Positions 36,176 through 43,792 of a stretch of 43,792 nt of DNA are shown here, piece after piece (the stretch's first letter is position 1; every line of letters begins with the position of its first letter). Location: positions 1 to 43,792 of IMG/VR virus record IMGVR_UViG_3300032257_000029; one strand, given 5' to 3'. The stretch comes from a virus (Duplodnaviria > Caudoviricetes). Below the pieces are notes generated by a model. The model did not search any database. It had not been told where the DNA came from and saw nothing but the letters and a program-made list of their open reading frames with translations. Made by a program: the position numbers and the translations under genes.

Positions 36176-37500
36176 ATAAAGACCAAACTAAAGCCGTAGA
36201 TACCATATTAGAATTAGCTTCACAGAAGAACTCTACTAGTTGGTATGGGCTATATGGTGGAGCAGGAGTAGGCAAGACCTATACCATTAAACATCTAATT
36301 GAAGAGGCCACTAAGCAGGGTAGGTCTGTAGCTATTACAGCAACTACTGGAAAAGCGGCTTCTCTAATAGGTGGGCAGACCTTACATAGCTACCTAGGTA
36401 TGAGAATGACTATTAACCAAATGGCTGATAATGAAGAAGATGCCTTACAGATAGGGAAACCTACAGCAGATGTAAATGCAGATATACTCATTATAGATGA
36501 AGCCTCTATGTTAGATAGAAAGACAGTACTAGCAGTACAGGGAATAGAGTCACGTTTTAGAGTAGTATTGTTAGTAGGAGACACAGACCAATTACCTCCT
36601 GTAAAATCTGTAAAACCTAACCTATTTGGGATAGACCATATAGTACTAAAGAAACAGCAGAGGATGAAGAATCCTGCTATGCAGTCTCTAGCTAATGCTA
36701 TGAAGAAACTAATTAGTGATGATTTATCTTATGTAGACTTAGAGGAATATGTAGATAATAAGTCGGTGCATATCATAGATGAGATACCTAAAATTAAAGC
36801 AGGACAATGTGCCCTAGCATACCATAATAAGAAGGTAGAGCAGTATATACCTGAGGAGCATGGTGATGACTATAATCTCTTTAATGGAGTTACTATATCT
36901 ACTATATCTAAAAGAGGTATTCAGACAGAAGCTCTATATCCTAATGGGTATGACCTGAGATTAGAGTTAAGGCCTATTGAGTCTGCTAATCTCTCTGTAA
37001 CTCAGAAGGGTGGGCACTATCGTAAAGGCTCTCAACTATTTCCTAAGACTGAATGCCCTAACCTGTATTTAGCTACAGATGAAGAAGGAAATAACTTTAT
37101 AGTCCATAAAGGCTCTAGGACTGAACTAGATAAAATGAGAGCAGATTTATTCTATGAGGCTAAGGACTATAGGGAGAAGCTACTAAATAAGTATAAAAAG
37201 GCAGGTAAGCTATATGAATGGAAGACCAAGTTTGATAAAGAAGAACTAGATAAGTGGAATAGCCTATGGTCAGAGTATGCTCGTATAGCTGAGATAGTAC
37301 ATATCAGGCCCACAGAGTCACGTACTATCCATAAGAGCCAAGGGTCTACTATTACAGATGTATTTGTAGATATGGATGATATACATAAGGCTAAAGGTGA
37401 AATACTACATGCTCTATATGTGGCTTTTACTAGGGCCACTGATAACCTATATATTAAAGGCCATTCAGATAATCTTAGAATATGGGGAGCTAACTCATGA
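36172..37500 (+). CDS. SF1B helicase (RecD/Dda-like)
   Basis: GGAGVGKT, IIDEASM, GDTDQLPPV, TIHKSQGST, YVAFTRA. Confidence 0.92.
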   Translation: MNKDQTKAVDTILELASQKNSTSWYGLYGGAGVGKTYTIKHLIEEATKQGRSVAITATTGKAASLIGGQTLHSYLGMRMTINQMADNEEDALQIGKPTADVNADILIIDEASMLDRKTVLAVQGIESRFRVVLLVGDTDQLPPVKSVKPNLFGIDHIVLKKQQRMKNPAMQSLANAMKKLISDDLSYVDLEEYVDNKSVHIIDEIPKIKAGQCALAYHNKKVEQYIPEEHGDDYNLFNGVTISTISKRGIQTEALYPNGYDLRLELRPIESANLSVTQKGGHYRKGSQLFPKTECPNLYLATDEEGNNFIVHKGSRTELDKMRADLFYEAKDYREKLLNKYKKAGKLYEWKTKFDKEELDKWNSLWSEYARIAEIVHIRPTESRTIHKSQGSTITDVFVDMDDIHKAKGEILHALYVAFTRATDNLYIKGHSDNLRIWGANS

Positions 37501-37661
37501 ATAACATAAAATATATACCTTGGTATATGTATATAATTCTATACTTTGTGGAGAAACAATATAGTATAGATGTATATGAGGGACATAAGTATACATTAGT
37601 ATATAAAGCCTTTAGGGGAATTATATACATCATAGACGAGAAAGAGGAGAAACTAAAATGA
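37497..37661 (+). CDS. 54-aa hypothetical protein, not in ORF track
   Basis: ATGA overlaps at both ends, GGGGAG SD. Confidence 0.65.
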   Translation: MNNIKYIPWYMYIILYFVEKQYSIDVYEGHKYTLVYKAFRGIIYIIDEKEEKLK

Positions 37662-37987
37662 CTAATGAAGTAATGGATACATTCCCTGAGTGGTTTGAAG
37701 GTTATGTACCTCAAGAGCAAGGTGATTGGGGAGACTGGGAGACACCTGCTAGTCTAGTGGACCAGATAGTACAGGGGCCACAAAAGAAAATAACTCAAGT
37801 ACTCCCTCCTGAAGTTGATGAGGCTACAGGACTTCCGTTAGCAACTCAAGAAACGACCGAAAGCCTGTACGGAATTACCCTACATACAAATTCTGATTTC
37901 GGTCTGAGCCTTACAGAATGGTTCGAGAATAAGGGTTTTTTGACACCTAATCAGGTGAGAGCGTGGAAGAAAAACAACACTTTTTAA
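37658..37987 (+). CDS. hypothetical protein
   Basis: GAGGAG SD. Confidence 0.75.
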   Translation: MTNEVMDTFPEWFEGYVPQEQGDWGDWETPASLVDQIVQGPQKKITQVLPPEVDEATGLPLATQETTESLYGITLHTNSDFGLSLTEWFENKGFLTPNQVRAWKKNNTF

Positions 37988-38016
37988 GTAAAGTTTAAGG
38001 AACATTGAGTTATAAT
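37983..38016 (+). promoter_or_regulatory. promoter for SSB-polymerase operon
   Basis: TTTAAG-N5-TTTAAG-N11-TATAAT. Confidence 0.75.
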
Positions 38017-38091
38017 AATACTCAATAAGAAGGAAGACCTCTAGGTGTGGAGGATAAACTACAACAAATAAACATGCACAGGAGCATAAAC

Positions 38092-38697
38092 ATGGCATCA
38101 AAATACGCAAACGTGAAATTCACAACACCTAAAGGTAACCTAAAGTGGGCATTCATTTCAGGTGACGGCAGAGACGGAAAGTACTCTATAGTAGTTAAAG
38201 TACCTGAAGAACAGGCTAAAGCTAAAATGGCTATTATCGACCAATTTTGGAAAGATAATAAACCACAGCAAGCTAAGAAACCTCGTCCACGTACTACAGG
38301 GTATAAGTATGAAGAAGATGATGAGACTGGAGAGCGTACAGGTTATGTACTATTTTCACTATCTACTAACTCTACTTGGCCTTCAGGTGACAAAGTTGAG
38401 ATTGGAATCTTTACAGCTAAGAAGCCTGTTAAGAAGCTAGACCTTGGTAATAAGAAGATTGGTGAGGAATCACTAGGATTCGGAGTTGGTACTCTATCTA
38501 TTTATGAGTATGAAGGACAATATGGTACTACACTATATTTAAGTGGTGTTCAACTATCTACATTTGTAGAGTATACAGGTGGTGGAATAGATGAAGCAGA
38601 CTTAGAAGCTGATGAAGATGCCGAAGATATTGATTTAGGTATCGACCTTCCTGAAGCTCAGGATGAGGAAGAACCTGCTGAAAATCCAATAGTGTAA
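38092..38697 (+). CDS. ssb: single-stranded DNA-binding protein (T7 gp2.5-like; start MASKY)
   Basis: FTTPKG...KYSI...IG..S...GTTLYLSGVQL..FVEY plus very acidic tail; AGGAG SD. Confidence 0.8.
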   Translation: MASKYANVKFTTPKGNLKWAFISGDGRDGKYSIVVKVPEEQAKAKMAIIDQFWKDNKPQQAKKPRPRTTGYKYEEDDETGERTGYVLFSLSTNSTWPSGDKVEIGIFTAKKPVKKLDLGNKKIGEESLGFGVGTLSIYEYEGQYGTTLYLSGVQLSTFVEYTGGGIDEADLEADEDAEDIDLGIDLPEAQDEEEPAENPIV

Positions 38698-38701
38698 CAG
38701 C

Positions 38702-38715
38702 ATCCCTTCGGGGGT
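38702..38715 (+). terminator. UUCG tetraloop hairpin after ssb
   Basis: ATCCC-TTCG-GGGGT; no U tract, may be a stabiliser. Confidence 0.5.
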
Positions 38716-38716
38716 C

Positions 38717-38761
38717 TGATAGAGCTTAACATAGTATTAGGTTCTATTCAGCCAAGCTGAG
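38717..38761 (+). other. structured RNA element, copy 2
   Basis: ATAGAGCTTAA...TTAGGTTCTAT stem followed by TCAGC-CAA-GCTGA. Confidence 0.65.
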
Positions 38762-38776
38762 AAAGAAGAAATAAAC

Positions 38777-40489
38777 ATGACAGTACTATATGAATCAGTA
38801 CCTTTAAGGTATGTAGAGAGACAAGTAGACCCTACTAAACCACTATTTTATGATAGTGAGACACTAGGGTTATATGGTGAGATTACACTAGCTCAGTTTA
38901 AGCAGGAACATTGGAAGGAAGCTCTAGTAGTAGAGTACCCTAACTTCGGGAAGCTACAGGAGTTTATGTTAACTCAATGGGTTGTATGTTTTAATATTGC
39001 CTATGATATGGGTACACTAGAGATAGCCCCTGAAAGAATGGATGATTTATATTTCGCTTGTAAGTCAGGTATGCCTACACTAGATAAGCATACCCTAGAT
39101 AACTGTGCCCCTAAGTTCTATAGAGGTATACAGAAGAAGGAAATGCAAAAGAGTTTCCTTAAGAAGAGAGAGGCACATACAAACGAGCAACTACATTATG
39201 GTGCTTTAGATGTATATGCATTAGAGTATCTATGGAACCTAGATGAAGTACAGAATATTATACAAAACAATCTAGCATATAAAGTAGATATTAAAAACCA
39301 AAGACATGCTTTTAGTTTTCAGCATAATGGAATGCCTGTAATAGCTAAGACATGGGAAAAGGTTAATAAGGAAACCGAAGAACGTAGAGTACGTTTACAG
39401 GCTGAATTAGATGCTTATGTAGGTAAGCCACTAAATGTAAAAAGCTGGAAACAGAAACAAGAGGCTTTTCCTGAGTTACCTTATAATGACAAAGGTAAAC
39501 AGCCTACAGATGCGTCCGCCTTTAAGAAGCTCTATATAGAGAATAATAACGAAGGAGCTAAACTAGTATTAGATACCACTAAGGCTAGAACAGAACTTCA
39601 GGATTTAGAGAAGTATAGAGAGTCTTATATTCCTACAGAAGACCCTGTACGTATTAGAACCTTCTTTAACGTAGCAGGTGCTATTACAGGTAGATACACT
39701 TCTAAAGGTGGAGATAGAGTAGGCTATACTAATATTCAAAATATTGGTAGACACTTTAAACATATCTTTGGTTATGAAGAAGGAGCAGGTAGACAATTAG
39801 TATCTGCCGATTATGGTACTGCCGAGCTAATAGCTGGCTGTGCTATCTTTAATGTTCCTTCATATAGAGAACTCATCTTAGATGGAGTAGACCTTCACAA
39901 AGCTATGGGCGCTTTAATGACTAATAAATCTGCTGAAGAAGTAACTAAAGACGAGAGACAAGCGGCCAAGGCCGTAAACTTTGGTTATCTATTTGGTATG
40001 GGGGCAGAGAAATTCATGGGATATGCCTATGATACCTATGGTGTTAAGTTTACATTAGAGAAAGCTAAAGAAGCTAAGGCTATTTACTATGAGGCCCACC
40101 CTGCCATTGCTAGTTACCATAGAAAAATGGGTAAAAATATAAAGAAACATAACTTTACTGTAACTACTGCTATGGGCAGGATAGTAAAGCCTAATGGGTA
40201 TACAGATGCACTAAATATCCCTGTACAAGGGTCTATTGGTGAGTGTACTAAAATGGCACAGAACTTTCTCTTTGAGGACTACCCATCTTTGATGAAGGAG
40301 GTTATGATGGTTGACATGATTCACGATAGTATTGTCAATGACTCCCCTGATAAGTATGTAGAGGATATAGCAGAGGCTACTAAGTCTTCTATGCTACTAG
40401 CATGGAAAGAGATTAGTAAAAGTAGACTATTCCATTACCATGATTTACCTATGGGAGTGGATATAGATATTGGAAGGATTTGGAAATAA
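38777..40489 (+). CDS. family A DNA polymerase with 3'-5' exonuclease
   Basis: Exo YDSET, FNIAYD, YGALD; TGRYTS; motif A ADYGTAEL, B RQAAKAVNFG, C IHDS. Confidence 0.95.
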   Translation: MTVLYESVPLRYVERQVDPTKPLFYDSETLGLYGEITLAQFKQEHWKEALVVEYPNFGKLQEFMLTQWVVCFNIAYDMGTLEIAPERMDDLYFACKSGMPTLDKHTLDNCAPKFYRGIQKKEMQKSFLKKREAHTNEQLHYGALDVYALEYLWNLDEVQNIIQNNLAYKVDIKNQRHAFSFQHNGMPVIAKTWEKVNKETEERRVRLQAELDAYVGKPLNVKSWKQKQEAFPELPYNDKGKQPTDASAFKKLYIENNNEGAKLVLDTTKARTELQDLEKYRESYIPTEDPVRIRTFFNVAGAITGRYTSKGGDRVGYTNIQNIGRHFKHIFGYEEGAGRQLVSADYGTAELIAGCAIFNVPSYRELILDGVDLHKAMGALMTNKSAEEVTKDERQAAKAVNFGYLFGMGAEKFMGYAYDTYGVKFTLEKAKEAKAIYYEAHPAIASYHRKMGKNIKKHNFTVTTAMGRIVKPNGYTDALNIPVQGSIGECTKMAQNFLFEDYPSLMKEVMMVDMIHDSIVNDSPDKYVEDIAEATKSSMLLAWKEISKSRLFHYHDLPMGVDIDIGRIWK

Positions 40490-41316
40490 TGAAAAAACTA
40501 GTAATAGATGCAGACTCTCTAATATATAGAGCATGTCATGTATGTCAAACAGCAGATGAGGAACTAGAAGGCCTTGAAGATGGCTCAAGTGAGGATATAG
40601 ACCTTCCTGAGTCAGATGAATTCAAGGACTTTCATACTACTTTTCACTCTATGGTTAAAGAGATTACCTCAGACCTAGAGAGACAAGGAGAAGAATGGGA
40701 TGATGTAGAGCTTGTTATAACAGTTAAGAACTCCTCAGATTTATGTTCTAATATGTCACCTAACTTTAGATATGAAGTAATGGAATCTGTAGAAGACGTA
40801 AATGTTAAGGGATATAAAGCTAATAGGTCAGGCATGGAAGTACCATACGGCCTACTAGAGCTATACGACTATGTGTTCCAACTAGAGAATAGCATATGTG
40901 AGTCAGCTATTGAAGCAGATGATTACTGTGTATATATGGCTAATCAGGGGCACCTAGTATGTGCATTAGATAAAGATGTATTAGGTTCTATCGAACTAGG
41001 ATGGAACTATGGTAAGAAAGAGTGGATAGAGAATACTAGAGAAGATATAAATAGATTCCCTTTCTATCAGACTTTAACAGGTGACTCTAGTGATGGACTA
41101 AGAGGTGCTTTTAGAATAGGACCTAAGAAAGCAGATGCAATCCTAGAAGGCCTAACAGAGCCTTATGATATGTGGAAAGCTGTAGTACGTACTTACTTTG
41201 AGAAAGACCAAACGCTTGAAGAGGCTCTAGCTACTATGCACTGTGTAAGAATGGATATGTGGACACCTGAGAAGGGTCTAGTAATGTGGGAACCACCAAA
41301 GAAGGAGACTAAATGA
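40489..41316 (+). CDS. 5'-3' exonuclease (T7 gp6 / FEN-like; start MKKLVID)
   Basis: IDADSLIY, YKANR, EADD, DKD, LTGDSSDG...IGPKKA. Confidence 0.92.
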   Translation: MKKLVIDADSLIYRACHVCQTADEELEGLEDGSSEDIDLPESDEFKDFHTTFHSMVKEITSDLERQGEEWDDVELVITVKNSSDLCSNMSPNFRYEVMESVEDVNVKGYKANRSGMEVPYGLLELYDYVFQLENSICESAIEADDYCVYMANQGHLVCALDKDVLGSIELGWNYGKKEWIENTREDINRFPFYQTLTGDSSDGLRGAFRIGPKKADAILEGLTEPYDMWKAVVRTYFEKDQTLEEALATMHCVRMDMWTPEKGLVMWEPPKKETK

Positions 41317-41711
41317 CTAAAATTTCATTGAGTGGAGCTGTAGCTTCCATTCTAGGTAAGAAAGACCATGAGGACTATCAGGAGATAGGACAACTAATGG
41401 GAGCTAAAGACTTGTATACATTAATAGGCCTAACAGGTAGTCCTATGTTATATAATTACATGTCAGGTAAAACTAAGAATATTGAGCCTGAGAGAGCCAA
41501 AGTATTCCTAGATAAATTTGACTTACTTATAGACCTATGGGATGACCCTAATACTTTAAGGCAAGATTGTACTTCTACAGCTTTATCTAAACAGATAGCC
41601 TATGAGCCTATTAAAGGTATTATAGACTATTTGGTAGAACTAGAGAAAGAGGCTGAAGATAACTATGAGTTCCGTAGAGGAATCAGAAAACTAATTGTAA
41701 AACACTATTAA
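41313..41711 (+). CDS. HTH-like hypothetical protein
   Basis: AKDLYTLIG...MLYNYMSGKT resembles an XRE HTH. Confidence 0.55.
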   Translation: MTKISLSGAVASILGKKDHEDYQEIGQLMGAKDLYTLIGLTGSPMLYNYMSGKTKNIEPERAKVFLDKFDLLIDLWDDPNTLRQDCTSTALSKQIAYEPIKGIIDYLVELEKEAEDNYEFRRGIRKLIVKHY

Positions 41712-41721
41712 AGGAGATAAT

Positions 41722-42000
41722 ATGCTAGAAGGACTAAGACCTGCACACTATAAAAAGGGGGAGGATACCTTTTCATGGGCAGAACGTAAATTCGACAGAG
41801 ATACTAATTTAGCTATTGCTAGTTTCCTTATACATAAATATGTAGATAGAAACAAAGGACAAGATTATGAGGATTTTGGTAAGATAGCTGATTATGCTAT
41901 GTGGGCTAGAGGCTTAATGGAAAAACCTGTTAACGATACTACTTCTAAACCTAGGCAGACCGTAATGAACTTCGGGGAAGATACGACATGCCACGGATAA
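41722..42000 (+). CDS. DUF3310 / T7 gp1.7-like nucleotide kinase
   Basis: PAHY...KYVDR.KG..EDFGKIADY. Confidence 0.7.
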   Translation: MLEGLRPAHYKKGEDTFSWAERKFDRDTNLAIASFLIHKYVDRNKGQDYEDFGKIADYAMWARGLMEKPVNDTTSKPRQTVMNFGEDTTCHG

Positions 42001-42152
42001 TTACGTATGAGACTCTACCTAGTGGAGTTCAATTACGTAAGGTTAAGATAACATGGACTAGAGAGGAATGCCTAAAACGTATTAGGTTAGTACCTACTCT
42101 TACACACAAGAAGTTTATAGCTAAACAGTATAGGAAGAGATATGCAACCTAG
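41988..42152 (+). CDS. 54-aa basic hypothetical protein, not in ORF track
   Basis: Overlaps both neighbours, GGGGAAG SD. Confidence 0.6.
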   Translation: MPRIITYETLPSGVQLRKVKITWTREECLKRIRLVPTLTHKKFIAKQYRKRYAT

Positions 42153-43329
42153 ACCTCACCAAATAGAAGGAGCTAAATGGGCCTTAGAGACTATTCGTAC
42201 TCATGGACTAGCCTACCTTAGTTGGCAGGAAAGAACAGGTAAAACCCTTACAGCTCTAAAGACTGCTGAAGACTCTATGTGTAAAAGTATTCTAATTGTG
42301 ACAAAGAAGAAAGCTATTGCAGGATGGGAAGAGACTTTAGGAGAATGGGAACATAAGAAGAACTATACAGTTATTAACTATGAGTCTATTCATAAACTAA
42401 AGGGGTCATTTGATTTTATAATCTTAGATGAATCACATCATGCTATTTCAGGTATTGGTAGACCTTCTAAGACATGGAAAGCTGTAAAGAAGTTTACTAA
42501 AGGGAAACCTATTTTATATTTATCTGCTACACCGTATGCAGAGCATGTAGGATTACTATATAATCAGTTTTCTCTTAGTGATTGGAGTCCTTTTAGGGCC
42601 GATAAGTCCTTCTTTGCTTGGTATACTAAATACGGTATACCTAATATGATTAGGACACCTTATGGACTTAAAGACCAAAAGAATACCTATAAGACTGAGG
42701 TAGTACTACAGAAATGTGAACACCTCTTTAACTTTAAGACCCGTAAAGAGGTAGGTATAGAACATGAACCTACAGTAAATGTAGTAGAAGTACCTCTACA
42801 TGAGGATACTATACAGTTAATGGAGACATGGACTACTATGCAGTTATTACCTATAGGTGATGAACCTGTATTAAATGACTCAGATATGAAAGGTCGAATG
42901 GTTCATTATCAATTAGAAGGAGGCACACTAAAGATAGATGATGAGTCTAGTATTATATTAGAACATACAGAGAAACTAGATTACTGTAAAGCTAACTATG
43001 ATATGAACTCTACAGCCTTTATGTGTCACTTTATAAAGGAGCGTAGTTTATTTGAAGAGCATCTTATACATGTATATAGCTCTGATGGACACGCTGAAGG
43101 AGTAGACTTGTCTCATATAGATAAACTAGTAATAGTATCTATGTCTTTTAAGACAAGTAAATATACTCAAAGAATAGCTAGACAAGCTAATCACAATAGG
43201 AAGACTCCTATAGAAGTGGATATACTAGTATCTCCTAAGCCTTCTATAGGTAAAGCTGTCTATGAGGCTGTAGCTATCAAAAAAGAAAACTTTATTAAAG
43301 CTAGTTATGAAAGGACACTAAGTGAGTAA
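42142..43329 (+). CDS. SF2 (SNF2/DEAH-like) helicase
   Basis: PRPHQ, RTGKT, NYES, LDESH, LSATP, EGVDL, QRIAR. Confidence 0.88.
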   Translation: MQPRPHQIEGAKWALETIRTHGLAYLSWQERTGKTLTALKTAEDSMCKSILIVTKKKAIAGWEETLGEWEHKKNYTVINYESIHKLKGSFDFIILDESHHAISGIGRPSKTWKAVKKFTKGKPILYLSATPYAEHVGLLYNQFSLSDWSPFRADKSFFAWYTKYGIPNMIRTPYGLKDQKNTYKTEVVLQKCEHLFNFKTRKEVGIEHEPTVNVVEVPLHEDTIQLMETWTTMQLLPIGDEPVLNDSDMKGRMVHYQLEGGTLKIDDESSIILEHTEKLDYCKANYDMNSTAFMCHFIKERSLFEEHLIHVYSSDGHAEGVDLSHIDKLVIVSMSFKTSKYTQRIARQANHNRKTPIEVDILVSPKPSIGKAVYEAVAIKKENFIKASYERTLSE

Positions 43330-43615
43330 TAAGATTAGGGTAGGAGATACATTCGGTAAGTGGACAGTAGTAATACCTAAAACTACTAACGGACAAACAG
43401 AGGTAATATGTGAATGTGGCTCTACTAGGCAAATGTATTACTATAGATTACTTGAAGGACACTCTAGACAATGTAAGAATTGCAGTAAACTAGAAAGACA
43501 GACGTTTGGTTTCGGTACTAAGATGGATGAAGGTCCTAAGATACATGTAGACCTAGAGAAAGACCAAGCCATGATAGATAAATGGCTAGAAAAGAATGAA
43601 GTGAGGAAAGTATGA
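43322..43615 (+). CDS. Cys-motif protein resembling the N-terminal module of phage HNH/AP2 proteins
   Basis: GDTFGKWTV...CECG...L..G.S.QCKNC; no nuclease domain; GTG start. Confidence 0.6.
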   Translation: MSNKIRVGDTFGKWTVVIPKTTNGQTEVICECGSTRQMYYYRLLEGHSRQCKNCSKLERQTFGFGTKMDEGPKIHVDLEKDQAMIDKWLEKNEVRKV

Positions 43616-43792
43616 TACTAGATATTATAGCACAGCTTAGGAGAGATAATTCTAAGTTATATAAAGAGGCAGTCCTACGTGAACACAAGAATAATATGGA
43701 ATGGAAGGACTACCTATTAGAGGTATATAATCCATTCATTACTTACGGGATTACAGGAGACAAGACCAATGGTAGATGTGACCTTGAAAACC
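43612..43792 (+). CDS. DNA ligase N-terminal fragment (runs off window end)
   Basis: MILDIIAQLRRDNSKLYKEAVLREHKNN...VYNPFITYGI resembles T4 ligase N-terminus; ATGA overlap. Confidence 0.85.
   Translation, partial: MILDIIAQLRRDNSKLYKEAVLREHKNNMEWKDYLLEVYNPFITYGITGDKTNGRCDLEN

Noticed and set aside
38777-40489. Modified-base (e.g. Z) genome
   Set aside because: No PurZ, DatZ, MazZ or other nucleotide-modification genes recognised
24801-41711. Temperate lifestyle suggested by RHH/HTH genes
   Set aside because: No integrase, CI-type repressor with peptidase domain or par genes found
43322-43615. Homing endonuclease
   Set aside because: Only the Cys N-terminal module is present; no HNH or AP2 domain follows

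Overview
Near-complete, circularly permuted genome (~43.8 kb, AT-rich) of a tailed dsDNA phage of podovirus type. The DNA ligase gene is split across the two window ends. The minus strand (24664 to 1942) carries the virion and lysis operon: scaffold, N4-gp56/DUF4043-type major capsid, decoration protein, adaptor, fibres, holin, spanins, M15 endolysin, nozzle, GNAT, ejection proteins and a displaced P22-type portal. The plus strand carries an RHH regulator, terS and terL, a ~2 kb mostly non-coding control/terminus region, small early genes and a replication module (prim-pol/SF3 helicase, RecD/Dda-like helicase, SSB, family A polymerase, 5'-3' exonuclease, SF2 helicase, ligase, VRR-NUC). I saw no RNA polymerase, integrase, tRNA or CRISPR. 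Promoters of the form TTTAAG-N10/11-TATAAT suggest a Campylobacterota host (inference). The most notable points are: (1) an R-S-ExE ADP-ribosyltransferase domain on the last, probably ejected, virion protein; (2) four Fur-box-like operators clustered in the early control region, in a phage whose fibre has HxH metal motifs; (3) an RcGTA-like head-spike base/fibre pair; (4) a lipoprotein SASA/NanS-type esterase; (5) a repeated structured RNA element with compensatory base changes; (6) a strongly G-depleted 400-nt tract. All assignments were made by eye from motifs and synteny; no database searches were run.
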